A stretch of DNA of 64,000 nucleotides, taken from IMG/VR virus record IMGVR_UViG_3300028048_003180, positions 44,710 through 108,709 of that record. One strand, written 5' to 3'. The position numbers were made by a program, and so were the translations under genes. The notes below the pieces were generated by a model. That model saw only the letters and a list, made by a program, of their open reading frames with translations. It was not told where the DNA came from and searched no databases. The stretch's first letter is position 1, and every line of letters begins with the position of its first letter. Positions 27,673 through 39,431 of the stretch are shown here, piece by piece. Source of the stretch: a virus. Taxonomy: Duplodnaviria > Caudoviricetes.

Positions 27673-27870
27673 TTAGGCAGCTCCGGCTTCCTTAAGCCCC
27701 TTCTCTGCAAGCAATGACCTTACGAGGTCGATTGTCTTGGCCATCTGTTCGGTTGATTTTTCTGGGGTGTCGTACTCGCAGGTGATGTCATACTGTGCGG
27801 CACCCTTTGCATTGAGGCTGATGTTGATTCTTGTGCGTGTGTTGTTCTCAGTTACCTTTGTTTCTTCCAT
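27673..27870 (-). CDS. Hypothetical protein
   Basis: 65 aa with SD, in operon. Confidence 0.6.
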   Translation of the reverse strand: MEETKVTENNTRTRINISLNAKGAAQYDITCEYDTPEKSTEQMAKTIDLVRSLLAEKGLKEAGAA

Positions 27871-27882
27871 ATTTTTTACTCC

Positions 27883-28560
27883 TTATGAAGCTTTTTTGCC
27901 CTTGCAGGCTTCGATATATTTCTGGATTTTTTCCAAGTCATTGTCCTTGATGGCCTGTTCAGCCCCGGCCTTCATCTTCGGGCGGTCGTCAAGAGCACCG
28001 TCCTTAAGGAACTTCTGAAGGTCGATTATTGCCTGTGTGCCTCCTTCTACCTGTAGCGGTGTCCCGGCGGGGAGTGCCCATGCAGGGAGTGCGGGAGGGT
28101 CCCACTTGAAGTATTTCTTGTCCTTTGTCTGGCCAGTGTACTTTCCTTTTTTTCCGTCAGGAGCGATGACTGCCCATGATTCCTTGAGGTTATACAGATA
28201 GCGGCCTATGCCGTAGAGTACAGCACTTCTCTTGATGGCTCCTGAAATTCCGCCCTTTACGGCCTCAATGTCAGTGCTGTCTGCGCCGTCAGTGCGGGAG
28301 ATCCACTCAAATGAGCCGTCCTCGTGCTGAACCCGGATGGAGAGCGTACAAAGATATGCGTCGCCTTCCTTGCGGATTGACGTTTGCCAGCCGTCAGGAC
28401 CGCAGACTTCATCAAGCCTGTCCTGCACAGCCCTTGAGGTGATGTATGCCAATGCCTTTCCCCAGAGCTTGCCGTCTTTCTCACCGCAACTCTGCAAACG
28501 CCAATCAATGTCGTCGGCAGGAAACGGTTCCTTCAGTTTTGCCATGTCTTCAACTTTCAT
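27883..28560 (-). CDS. Rad52/Sak-family single-strand annealing protein
   Basis: PF...DI.WR, AYITSRAVQDRLDEVCG..GW, KGGISGAIKRSAV..GIGRYLY. Confidence 0.9.
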   Translation of the reverse strand: MKVEDMAKLKEPFPADDIDWRLQSCGEKDGKLWGKALAYITSRAVQDRLDEVCGPDGWQTSIRKEGDAYLCTLSIRVQHEDGSFEWISRTDGADSTDIEAVKGGISGAIKRSAVLYGIGRYLYNLKESWAVIAPDGKKGKYTGQTKDKKYFKWDPPALPAWALPAGTPLQVEGGTQAIIDLQKFLKDGALDDRPKMKAGAEQAIKDNDLEKIQKYIEACKGKKAS

Positions 28561-28592
28561 CTTACACCTCCATCTACAACAGTAGAAATTCT

Positions 28593-28802
28593 TTACTCTT
28601 CAAAGAAAAAACCAGACATGTTCTTTGTCTGTTCGTCTGGTTTTTCCTTTTCCTCTTTAAGCTTTTCCTTGACTTTATTGAATATTTTGTCCATCTCGCC
28701 TTTCGGGAGGAACATAGCCGCCAACAGGAACGGGAATGTGAGCATGTCCGCCCCTGCTTTCATAAGCTTCTCCATTTCATCTTCTCTCTCCTTGTCCGTC
28801 AT
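28593..28802 (-). CDS. Hypothetical protein
   Basis: Likely start MTDKER just after the upstream stop. Confidence 0.45.
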   Translation of the reverse strand: MTDKEREDEMEKLMKAGADMLTFPFLLAAMFLPKGEMDKIFNKVKEKLKEEKEKPDEQTKNMSGFFFEE

Positions 28803-28804
28803 CA

Positions 28805-29116
28805 CTAGAACAACTCCTTGTCCTTGGCTTGGTTCCTGGGCTTCTTGTTGCTCCTGATGAACTTCTCTATGTCGCTCAGCTTGTAGAGCACCCTTCTTCC
28901 CCATCTTACGCAAGGGATTGAGGGAGGAATTGATGAAACGGTCGGGCATTTGAGGTATTCCATAGTCTCCTCAGCCGTCATGTTTCTGTCGTTCATGTAC
29001 CATGTAGTCAGGATTTCAATGTCGTTCAAGAGGTCCCTTACCGCATTTACGCGGTCAGAGATTTCCTTCTTGAAGTCCTCTTTTGTCGTGAAACTTAATT
29101 CTTCTGTATCTACCAT
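28805..29116 (-). CDS. Xis/AlpA-like HTH protein
   Basis: MTAEETMEYL...IPCVRWGRRVLYKLSDIEKF. Confidence 0.65.
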   Translation of the reverse strand: MVDTEELSFTTKEDFKKEISDRVNAVRDLLNDIEILTTWYMNDRNMTAEETMEYLKCPTVSSIPPSIPCVRWGRRVLYKLSDIEKFIRSNKKPRNQAKDKELF

Positions 29117-29123
29117 ACTTTAT

Positions 29124-29152
29124 AGTATACAGAAGGTTTGTGAGATAGTCAA
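29124..29152 (-). promoter_or_regulatory. sigma70 promoter TTGACT-17-TATACT (TG-extended, leaderless) for the recombination operon
   Basis: Near-consensus hexamers 7 nt before ATG 29116. Confidence 0.7.
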
Positions 29153-29207
29153 GAAAATACTTTATTAAATACAGATATTATTATATATTTTTTACTTTTT
29201 CTTTATG

Positions 29208-30137
29208 TTATTTCTTCCTCTTGAACATCTTGCCAAGTGAGTGCAGGGATATTGCAAGGCCAGCTGCATCAACTCCAGTCTGGAGGTGAGGAAGGTATCT
29301 CTTTCCTGCCTTCTTAGCCACGATATAGAACTTGGACTCGAAAGTGAGGTCGATAAAAATCAGTGTTCCGAACAGGATTGCCATTGCGGGAGCCATAAGA
29401 GGAAGGCCAATGAAGAAGCATGTTACGAACATTGAGCTTCCATCGGTTCCTTCTGTGCAGCAAATGCAAAGTATTGCAGACATCAGTAAGCACGTTACTG
29501 CACAACCTGTTAACAGGTGTTTATTCTCAAACTCCTCTTCAAGCATATTCTTCTCAAAGTCATACTGACCAGAATCTACGTACAGGCGTTTGTCTACCTC
29601 AGCCTTATGCTCCTCCACTTCGTCAGGAGTGCGAAGCTTGCCTTCGTTGAATTTCCACTCAAGCTCCTCAAGGTCGAACACCGTTGTCGGTTTTGCCTCG
29701 ATTATTTCATCATAGGCAGTTGCGAGCGCGAGGGCGTTTGAGTAGGTTGCATACCCCTCGTCCTCTGGGCGGGCCATGCCGCCCTTCTCCATGTCCTCAA
29801 GCTCACCCCACAGCTTCATGCTCAGGCGGGATGCCTTACCTTTAAGGACTTCAAGGCGGACAGTGAAAGCCGGGTCACTTGATATATCCTTGTTTTCTGT
29901 CGAAGAGACTTTCGGCATCTTTAGCCAACCGACCCAGTTCTTTATGAATCTGTACACATACTGTGCAAGACATCCTAATATTACTAGCCAGTATATCCAC
30001 GCAAGGATATACCCTATTGAGCCACCCAGAAACCTTCTGTGTATAAAGTTGGGAAAACCTATCGTTGAGACGCGCTCCCATATAGAGCCGCCAATATCAC
30101 GAATACCATCAAGAACAATATCCAGGATTCCGTACAT
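29208..30137 (-). CDS. Membrane protein (about 3 TM)
   Basis: Hydrophobic segments; AGGAGG SD. Confidence 0.7.
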   Translation of the reverse strand: MYGILDIVLDGIRDIGGSIWERVSTIGFPNFIHRRFLGGSIGYILAWIYWLVILGCLAQYVYRFIKNWVGWLKMPKVSSTENKDISSDPAFTVRLEVLKGKASRLSMKLWGELEDMEKGGMARPEDEGYATYSNALALATAYDEIIEAKPTTVFDLEELEWKFNEGKLRTPDEVEEHKAEVDKRLYVDSGQYDFEKNMLEEEFENKHLLTGCAVTCLLMSAILCICCTEGTDGSSMFVTCFFIGLPLMAPAMAILFGTLIFIDLTFESKFYIVAKKAGKRYLPHLQTGVDAAGLAISLHSLGKMFKRKK

Positions 30138-30152
30138 ATCAAACCTCCTTGA

Positions 30153-30509
30153 TTAACCGAACAACCTTTTCTTCAGACGTATGAGTTCAATCAACCCGAA
30201 TACTGCCGGAACGAAAAGCCAACTCGTAACTATTTTCCAAACAACACTTTCCACAAGCCATTGAATAGACATCCACATATCAGGAGTAAAGAGAGTGAAC
30301 AAGCCGAACCAAGGACGCTTGTACCAGATTACGACAAGAACTATCATAACAGTCTTGAGTACAGGATTTATAAACGGATTCCAACTCCTTAGCTCCGTAG
30401 TGAACACTACCGGGGATGCTATGTCCACGAGCACCGTGACCACCTCCAAATAAATAAAGACTGCCGCAACGATTGCAAGCAGTCCCATTATAAAGTTTAT
30501 CAAAGGCAT
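30153..30509 (-). CDS. Membrane protein
   Basis: Highly hydrophobic, 118 aa; GGAGGAG SD. Confidence 0.7.
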   Translation of the reverse strand: MPLINFIMGLLAIVAAVFIYLEVVTVLVDIASPVVFTTELRSWNPFINPVLKTVMIVLVVIWYKRPWFGLFTLFTPDMWMSIQWLVESVVWKIVTSWLFVPAVFGLIELIRLKKRLFG

Positions 30510-31025
30510 AGGCTCCTCCTATTCGGTGTTCTCTACAATCTCAAAGGTGCAGTCCTTCCACTCCTTCGCCTCATTCGATTGAGTCCAGTTCTCGGCTTGT
30601 TCCCTTGAGTCGAAGAACATGTAGTTGTCACAGTCCGTTGTGGCCGTATTGTCATACCCTACATTGTAACTTTCAGGATAACCGTCGAGGCTGACCCTTG
30701 TGGCAATGACATAGAATTTCATATTTCCCCCTTTGTTTGTTACTGTTTAATACTGTTATTATATACCTTTTCCCTTGTGCTTTCAAGCTGCGTGTCCACA
30801 AGCCCCCTCACGTCATCCACAAGGCCGTCCATATAGGGCTCGTTTATCCCGAAGTGCCTGCACAGTTCCTTCATCATAAACGAACGCTTCCCCATTATGC
30901 TGTTCACTATTATGTAGTTGGCGATGCTCTCCGCAAGGAGGGTGTCTGACCTTGCCATGCCGTCAGCATAGCCGTCATTATACCCCTTGCGGTACATGGC
31001 ATTTTCAAACTTTCCGTCCAGCATT

Positions 31026-31376
31026 TCAGCCCTCCTCTGGTTCATACATTCTTCCGACAATTTCCCAGTTCTTGATGAGATAAACTCCGTTGTCTCCGTT
31101 GTCGCAGTCAAGGCGGTCAAGGATGTCGATTCCTACGCCTGTTCCCTTGATACCTCCGTCTCCGTCAATATTGTTGGCGATTATCTGGCACAGCCTTGCC
31201 CATCCATAGTTGTCATATTCCGGGTTCCTTACGCCAGCTTCCTTGGCTTCCTTGAGGAACCTCTCGATATCCTCCCTGTCTCCGTACCAGTGTACGTAGA
31301 TTCCAATCTTGTTTCCTTTGAGTGTTCCGTCCTCATTGAGTGCGTCTGCCGTTGTGATTACTGCCCTGTTTCCCAT
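31026..31376 (-). CDS. Conserved phage early protein (MG.R...IY.HW.G type)
   Basis: MGNRAVIT...IGIYVHWYGD motif. Confidence 0.65.
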   Translation of the reverse strand: MGNRAVITTADALNEDGTLKGNKIGIYVHWYGDREDIERFLKEAKEAGVRNPEYDNYGWARLCQIIANNIDGDGGIKGTGVGIDILDRLDCDNGDNGVYLIKNWEIVGRMYEPEEG

Positions 31377-32845
31377 GATTATTCCTCCTCTTTAGAGTTA
31401 AATAGTTTTTCTTCCAGCATTTCGTGGAATAAGTCTTCCATCCGTGTCTGCAAGTCACGTCTTTCGATGAAGCTGTAACTGCAAATCGCGTCCTTTACTT
31501 TTTCCTTGATTAAGGGTTCATATTCTTTGATTGCCTCGTTTAATATTTTCTTTCCTACGTTTTCTGAGCGGCTCCAAGCATCAGGTTCCTTGAACAACTC
31601 GTATTTAATAGTGCTTTCTTCTGAAACGAGATTCTTTACAGTGTCCTTTATCTTCTGTAAAGAATCTTCGCCTGTTGTTTCTTGTATTGCCTTGAAGATA
31701 AAATCATAACCAAGATTAGAAATAATCCTTCCTAATTCCGATTCATTACTGTACTTCTGACAAATACAGGCTCTAATTGCGCTTCTGCATTCCTCTTTAA
31801 TTTCTTCTTCTGAAAGGTAATCGCTGATGTCTATATTGATATTCATCATTTTCCTCCTGCTTCAAAGCTTATTGAGATTAAGTTTTCGTTGTTAAATTCG
31901 TTGAATAAACTTAGCCTTGCAGATTTCTCGTTTATATACCAAGTGTCACGAATCGTTTGAGTTGCTGTATCTAGCCATGCGTATTCAGTCACATCTGATG
32001 ACTTTTTTATCAGAATGTACTCACTATGAAGTGCAAACCCTCCTTCCGGCCGCAACGTTGTTACTATAACTTTCATATCCTTCCTCCTGTGGCGATTTCA
32101 AATGCTGTAACGGACAGTTTGAATGAAGTGTCGATACCTTCAAGTTCCTCATTGTCTATATTCTCGACGTCAATCAGCTTCACGTAATCAGCTGTCCGTT
32201 CCAGAACTTTGCACTGCTCTCCGTCACAACAAAGTTTTAGACTGGAATAACCATCCTTGTATAAGTCGTAATAATCGTTCCCGTCAGGTGACGGTTCTCG
32301 TCTTATGCAATGACTGTATCGTGTATACACCTCGTTGTCTTTGCACATACCTGTGTACAAACATTCAAACAACGTCTGCAAATCAAGACAGACAATTTCT
32401 TCTTCCATACCGCACCTCCTTATACACATGCCTTTTTGAACGTCGCATTCACCACTTCCCATATCGCACAGGGCACTGACTCGCAGGCTGTGTTGACCTC
32501 AAGGAAGTTCGGCTCAACCCATTCCTGCGGCGTTCCCTTGTTGTAGATGTAGGACAGGACAACCTTCTCCTTCTTGTAGTCTATGTGGTCAATCCCCATC
32601 CTTCTGTTCATTTTCTTTATAAGGTTGTCGAGAGCCTTCGTCTCTTCTTCTGTGAATCTTTCCATGTCATGCTCCGAATATGTAGTCAAACGCCCTGTTG
32701 CTGTCTGCCCAGCACCAGTCATCCAGCTGCTCATAGCTCCACCCTTTATTGCTGCGGAGCCTTTCGAGTTCCTTCTCTGCAATCTTCCCCTGCTCAGCCG
32801 TCATTTCCATTCCGTCGAACAGGTTTTCAACTACGTCATGTATTG

Positions 32846-33682
32846 TCATACATCCTCCTTTGATAAGACAGTCTTTGCCTTTCCCTTCACTATTGTAGAA
32901 GTGATGAACCTCACCTGCCCCTTACAGTTCACGTAGAAGTCAGAATTGTAATGCCTGAAATACCCGCTCCTGAAGTGGGGTCTTACGAATCCGTGCTCAA
33001 CGGTCGTATGGGACACAACCTTCTCGCTCGTTGAAAGCGTCTTTGCGTTGTTGTCCCGCTTAACCCCGCTGGGAACTCCGTCAACTACACACTCCGGGAA
33101 TGCGTTGATGTAGAAGAAGAAGTTGATGACCGTATTGAACACCGAATCGTCCTTGTTTCTCTTAACGTCAAAGTCTTCAATGATGAATGCGTAGTTCATT
33201 TCGTCTGTCAGAACTGTTACGAAGTGCTTCGGCTTGCCCTCCCTAATAAACGTCTTGCAGATTATGGTGCAGGAAAAGCTCTGCCCAAGAAGCCCAGTTA
33301 TCATTACCGAACCAGACTTCTCATTCAAAAGGTCGAAGAAGTCTGTTTTTAGCAATGAACTGACTTCCTTTTCCTTGACCTCAGTGTTCCTGAAGAACTC
33401 CAGCAGGCTGCCGTCCTTGATGTAGAACCTGCATATTCCTTGCCTTACGTCTTCCTTTAGGGCGAATACCTCCAGCCAATATTGAAGCCTCATTACGTCA
33501 TCCGGGTTTGTCGGTGCCTTAAAACCTTCGGACTCTCCAGTGGAGAATCCCCGGTCTTGAAGCATTTTCTCAAATGCGGAATCCTGCTTTTTGGCAATAG
33601 GCCAGCCGGGATGAGCTTTGTTTGCGGCCTTGTATTCCTTATTGAACTCTTTCGTCTGGATTGTCAGAATGTTCTTGTACAT
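32846..33682 (-). CDS. Hypothetical protein with C-terminal PH.R.G..R motif
   Basis: HGFVRPHFRSGYFRHY...VRFITSTIVKG; start may lie a few codons downstream. Confidence 0.65.
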   Translation of the reverse strand: MYKNILTIQTKEFNKEYKAANKAHPGWPIAKKQDSAFEKMLQDRGFSTGESEGFKAPTNPDDVMRLQYWLEVFALKEDVRQGICRFYIKDGSLLEFFRNTEVKEKEVSSLLKTDFFDLLNEKSGSVMITGLLGQSFSCTIICKTFIREGKPKHFVTVLTDEMNYAFIIEDFDVKRNKDDSVFNTVINFFFYINAFPECVVDGVPSGVKRDNNAKTLSTSEKVVSHTTVEHGFVRPHFRSGYFRHYNSDFYVNCKGQVRFITSTIVKGKAKTVLSKEDV

Positions 33683-33820
33683 TATTTCGATTCTCCTTTA
33701 CGTTCAGCGTCTCAATCCTGTACCTGTCCTCGTCACAGCAAGGGCAGTAGAACGGATATTCCTTAATCTTTGTTTCCCTTATTACGGGCTTGCCGCATAC
33801 CTTGCAGATTCTGTGTGTTT

Positions 33821-34237
33821 TCATGCCGTCTCCTCCACAGCCCAGTTGTCGAACAGTCCGGGGTTTACATTCTTTGTGTCAATGTTGTGCTCCAGGAAAG
33901 AGAAGACCCTTCCCTTGTTCACTATCAAAGTGTCCACGTGGCAGATGCCTATGGCTTCACATCCCTGTGAAATCCTTTTTGCAATGTTGATTTCGGAAGG
34001 AGAAGGTTCTACTGTATCTTCCTTGTGGATGAAGAACAGGATTAAACCAGATGCCTTTACTCTTGCTGCGTACCAGAAGAAATCCTTAAGTTTCAGCAGG
34101 CAGGAAGAATCTCCTTCGGCAATAACCGTCTGGCCTATGTTGTCCTTGTGGTTGTCAACGCAAATCAATCCAGCCTTAAACTTGTCACACTTATAATCCA
34201 ACAGGTGCCAGAGTGCGTCGCCAGGTGAGTTTATCAT
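33821..34237 (-). CDS. RadC-like JAB-domain protein, degenerate metal site
   Basis: INSPGDA...ASGLILFFIH..D..PSPSE..I...I...C..IGI..VD.LIV.....FSF.E. Confidence 0.65.
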   Translation of the reverse strand: MINSPGDALWHLLDYKCDKFKAGLICVDNHKDNIGQTVIAEGDSSCLLKLKDFFWYAARVKASGLILFFIHKEDTVEPSPSEINIAKRISQGCEAIGICHVDTLIVNKGRVFSFLEHNIDTKNVNPGLFDNWAVEETA

Positions 34238-37200
34238 AAGAAGCCTCCTTAGATATTCAGCTCAAAAGCCCACTGTTCCATGACTGCATAATCATCACAG
34301 TCAAGCGCGTCACAGCCGATTTCAGCGTCCAGTCTTTCAGTAATTTCTTCTTTTGTTTCTTCCGTCTCTTCCATTACGCCACCTCCCATCTCTTATAAGG
34401 AGCTGAAGAAAAATAATAAGGTGTTTTTTCTTCTTTACGAATCATCACACATTCATAAAGACCGCTATTTACAAGGCTCTCAAACTGCTTCTCTGCATCG
34501 AACTTACGCTTGTATTTGTTTGGTAGAGTCTTTCCCCATTTGTTTTTGTCTTCAAAAACTACAAGAATAAAATAAGTCATGGTTAAGCCGCCTCCTCTAT
34601 TACTATCAGCATTTGCCCTTCTGCATTGAACCTGTCACATTCAGGATGTTCCTTAAGGAAATCCTCAATGGCCTCCTCTGGACAATCCGAGTTTTCAATG
34701 TCCACACCCTTCTCAAGAGCATAGTCTGTGACGTATGTCCTTGCGTTGTCCTTAACCTTAAGGTTAGGAAAGAAGTATGCTGTATCTTCTGTCATTGCAT
34801 CCCTGTAGATTTCGTCCCATGTAAGGACATCTGGAGTTCTTGGCTCCTCAAACTCGCTCTGCGGAATATAGCTGTCTGTACAATGGTCTACGAGAAGCTC
34901 TCCTTTTTCCATGAACATCTTTGCATCCTCAACTGACAGTTCACTCTCATAGTTGTATTTGTCCTTGAGCCTTTCAAACTCTTCGTCGGTTACGTTCATT
35001 TCCATACCGATTCTTGCGAACACTCTTTTCATAGTCAAACCTCCCTCACATTAAGTTGCTCATCAAATTCTGTGTGTATATAACCATCCATGGCAGGATA
35101 TACACTCGCACTCCATTTTGCATTCTCAGGTCCGCCGAAAAGTTCACAGCTGAAAATATTGATATCATAATCTTTGTCTCCAACCTTGAATCCATACCAC
35201 GTGTCATCAAGGCTGTCGTCAACTTTGAGTTCTGCTACTTTTCTTCCGTCAGACAAGATTATTGAGACAGAGTAAAGGTTCTCTTCAATCATCCTGACTT
35301 CTGCCGTCCCACCTTCAAACATTCCAATATTCTGTGCAAGCGATAGCTTTTGTTCATCTGTTAGTTTTGCCATTCATTCCTCCTCGTCGAATCCTATGTA
35401 TTTCTCAACGTCTTCAATATCGAAGAGTGGTACCGGACTATTGGCAAGCCCTAATGTCATATCGTAGCGATACCAATCATCATTGGTGTCCATGCAATCC
35501 AGTATGTCAGCTGCAACACGGATGTAGTCATTAGCAATCTCGTGTATTGCAAAGTCTTTTAATTCTTCGTAATTTACAATGTCATTGCGCTCTTCCTGAA
35601 GTTTTAGAATAGCTTGGTCAAACCCTCTATTCTCAACGATTTCTTTGAATTGATTTCTTGTCATTCATTCCTCCTCTAATCATCTAATTTTTCAAAGGTT
35701 TCTACCTCAAGATAATCGTGTGCAAGGTAGAGCCAGTCACCTTCCTCTGTATTGAGATACCAACAAAGATTTTCGTTTCCAAAGTAAACAATGCCTATAT
35801 CCCATATATCATCATTGGCTCCAGCCCTGTTATGTTGAATGAACCTAACCTTGTCACCGCTCTTGAGCCAGTTGCCCTTCGCATCCCTTACAAGCCCGCC
35901 ATTCGCAAGACATGCTTCTGTTTCCTCCATCTTTTCAAATAAAGCCATCAGCTTGTTGTAGTTTGATTCAGGGTCATTGCTAAGACATCCACAATATTCA
36001 CCTTCCAAGATTTTATCTTCCCAAGGAGTGCAACTGCACAAACATTCGTTGCCCTTGCAGTTGAGCCAATGGAGCCCGTCATTATCCTGTGCGGTTTCTC
36101 TTAGAGCGACTTTCAGCCCTTCAATAAGTTCCTTAGTTTCCTTTTTCATGCTATTCCTCCTTGCCTTGGTTCTTTATCCTCTGGATTGCTTCCCAGTCTG
36201 ACTGGAGCATTTCTCCGTCAACGTATATTGCGATGTATGAATGCCACTTTCCTGTGGCATCCTTGAACTTCACCCTCTTGGCAAAAGTCATTCTTCGACC
36301 TCCTCGATCTCTTCCTTGCCCTCTACGTAAGAGGAACCGCAGTCAGGGCATGGTGCCCATCTCCTTGCGCTCCACTCCCTCCCGCAGTCAAAGCAGTAGC
36401 AGCGGTACCATTTGACCTGCTTCATTGTTAGTCCTCCACTATTGTTATCTCAGCTTTCCATTCAGCTTGGTTTATGTCTGGGTGTTCAAGCTGATACCTT
36501 GACTTCATTTCCATTGCATAGATGGTGGCATTGCCACATCTTGCCCTCGACCATGAGCGGAGAATCCTGTACCCGCCCTCTCTTCCGTTACTTGCAAAAT
36601 CCTCCAAGACTTCATTCAAGTTGTCATAAGGCTTTGTTGTGTCAACCTCAATCTGCTCCCATCCGCAGATAGGATTCTTAATCCATGCGTTTGCAACCAT
36701 CATGCTCATTTTCTAATCCTCCTTAAACAACTTCGTGGATAATGTCCCACCAGCGCTCTATACCTGCGTTTCTTCTTCGTTATTATAACTTCACCTCCCA
36801 ATCTTCTGCCAAATCATAAACATCATATCTCATGGAAGGGTCAGCTAAGTCTCTTATATTCTGTTCAAGCTGCAAGAATAATTTTTTATAGTCTTCCTTA
36901 GCCCTGTTATATCCGTATTCAGCTCCGTCTCGCCAATATGCTCTTGCTATATCTTTTGCTTCGGGAAACAACCAATGGCTTTTATTTACGTTTTCTTCTG
37001 CTTCTATCTCGAACATCTTCAGCCTCCCCTTAAAGTATGCTGTCAATTACGTCCCAGCCGTGCTCGATTCCGACTTCCTCGACACGCTTCCAGTCAATCC
37101 TGTCCACAAGCTCGTTGATTTCCTCATCAGTTGCTTCGTGTCCAAAGTGTCTTTCGTATGCCATGCGGATGTCGTCAACCGTCCACTTTATTTCGCAGAG

Positions 37201-39431
37201 TGTTTCTGCCGCCTTACCCTCAAACCTTTCAATGGCTTCCTTGACATACTCCATGTCGTTGCAGAGTGTCTCCACATAGATGTCCCCGTCCTTCTTCTCG
37301 ATGTAGATTGCCTTTGAAAAGTCCTTTGAGTTCCAGATGTGAGGGAAGTTCCTCTCGTTCACGTCAATCGGCTGAACCGTGTCCTTTACCTGTGTGTTGA
37401 AGTAATACATAATTAAGCTATCTCCTCTTCTTCAATTTCAAAACAAGCCCACTGATTGATTACTCTCTCAGCTTCCTCGTTCAATTCGTCTGCAAGTTTA
37501 TCCCAGTTAGGTTCGTCATAAAGAACGGTTGTTGTGTTGTCAACTTCTGCCGTATCCTCGTCATACGGCATTGTCAAATCCCAGCTGAGGTCTGAGAACA
37601 TGATATTCTTTGCATCGTGATAACCAACTTCACAGCAGATATTCCATGTGCCGCTCTGATACTTGCCGTTGTCGTTTTTGTCGAAGCCGTCAAGCCATCC
37701 CATCGCAATGCACCATTCCCTGTTCTTGTCATCAGTTACAATCTTAATGTGACAGCATCCACAATCTTCTTTTTTAAGCCATTCAGCCCAGTGCTTTAAT
37801 TGTTTGCCTGTAATCTTCTTAATCATGTTCAAACCTCTCCATCTATTGAAAGAATCAATTTGTCATCGAGTATTATGTTTGGCATAACTCCAGACACGTC
37901 AAATGTGACTCCGTTATCGTCCATGACGACAACTTCCTTGTCCCAGTCTGTTTCAAGGCGCATGGCCTCAAACAATTCTCTGATAGTCATAATCAGTCCT
38001 CCTGTCCGTCGGTTTCCCAGACAATCGTATGGCCGGATTCCTCAAGGCACCTTGTCAGCATCTTGAGAACTTCCTGCTGGACATATCCGATGTCCATGTC
38101 ATCAATGAAGATGTCGCATATTCCGAAACATCCCCCGTTGTAGTAATCCGCCACGTACTGACGGCATGAATACGGCTCAAACCACTCCCAGGGAATAACC
38201 TTGATTCCGCACCATGAGGACGCGTCCTCATGCACCAGATTCATGTCACTGTATTCGTTCACCTCGCAGTCCACGCTTGCGAAGTCAATTTCATTGAATT
38301 CGGATCTTTTTTTCTGGCAGTCCTCAAAAATCCGCTCGGCGACAAAGGACACGAACTCATCCCTTGTTCCCGCGAATACGGTTTTATTTTCTATCACGCA
38401 AGACTTCATACAACCTCCTAAAGCGTTATGTCCCATCCAACGACAGTGCTTGATTCACTGACGCTGAATCCATAGTCCTTTAAGATTTCCTTACAGTCAG
38501 TCCATGAAGTGCTTGTACGTCCTGCGGTGTTCAGCTGCTTGCCAGCCTCTATCAGCTGCCTTATGACGACAGGCGGATATTTCTTCCGCTTGAACACAAC
38601 GGACTCCCCAAGATCTCTTGTTATAAGCTCACGTCCGATGTCATCGTGAAGTTCCCTTAGTCGATTCATACTACGCTCCTATTAGTGGCAGATTGTGGTC
38701 ATAAGCGTAGCCTGTCCTTACAGGCTCCCACTTATATCCTTCATTCAGTGAAAGTATCTCGTTGAGTCTGTACACGTCATAATCTGTGAAACTGTGGATA
38801 TTTTCACACGATACTATCATGCAAAGCTTTGCTGTGTTGCGTTTGTTCCTGAAAAGTATTTCCATAGTTACTCCTCAACATCTGCTTCAAGAAAATGATA
38901 GTTATAATCAACTTCATGGAATCCTTCGGGTATATGTTTGTGCATATACTCCTCTCCTTCTTCCCTTGTTTCAAAAATGGGTATTCCGAACTTTTTCGCA
39001 AGGGTAATTGATTTATTGTCCATGTTATATTTTTCAATACTAATACGTTTGCATGGGCGAGCCATACCTCTGTTAGTTTCCAAATATCGGTACATACGAT
39101 ACACAGTTACCGAGGCGTATTCCTTGACGGAAAGGATGTTATCCCACCTTATAAACATTGCTGTTGAACTGTCCATGTCAAACAGTTCAAGGTAACACCC
39201 GTTGTCGCTTAGGATTTTAACTTTGTTGAACGTATCAAAGCTAATTCCGTTTATTCCACGACCGTGCCCAATATTTGTAATGATTGTGTATGTTTTATTC
39301 GATTCTAATTTCATAGCTCATTTCTCCTTGCTATATCTATAGCCTTGTTATAATTTTGTGGTGTTTAATACTGTGTAATCAACTTTGATTGATGATATTC
39401 CCGCTGTGATTGTCCACAACGGGAATCAAAC

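Larger units (their letters stand above)
30519..39314 (-). other. Dense array of about 25 small, mostly acidic early hypothetical genes
   Basis: Tightly packed minus-strand ORFs with GGAGG SDs (e.g. 31379-31849, 34583-35038, 35035-35373, 35374-35664, 35676-36149, 37030-37410, 37413-37832, 38868-39314). Confidence 0.75.
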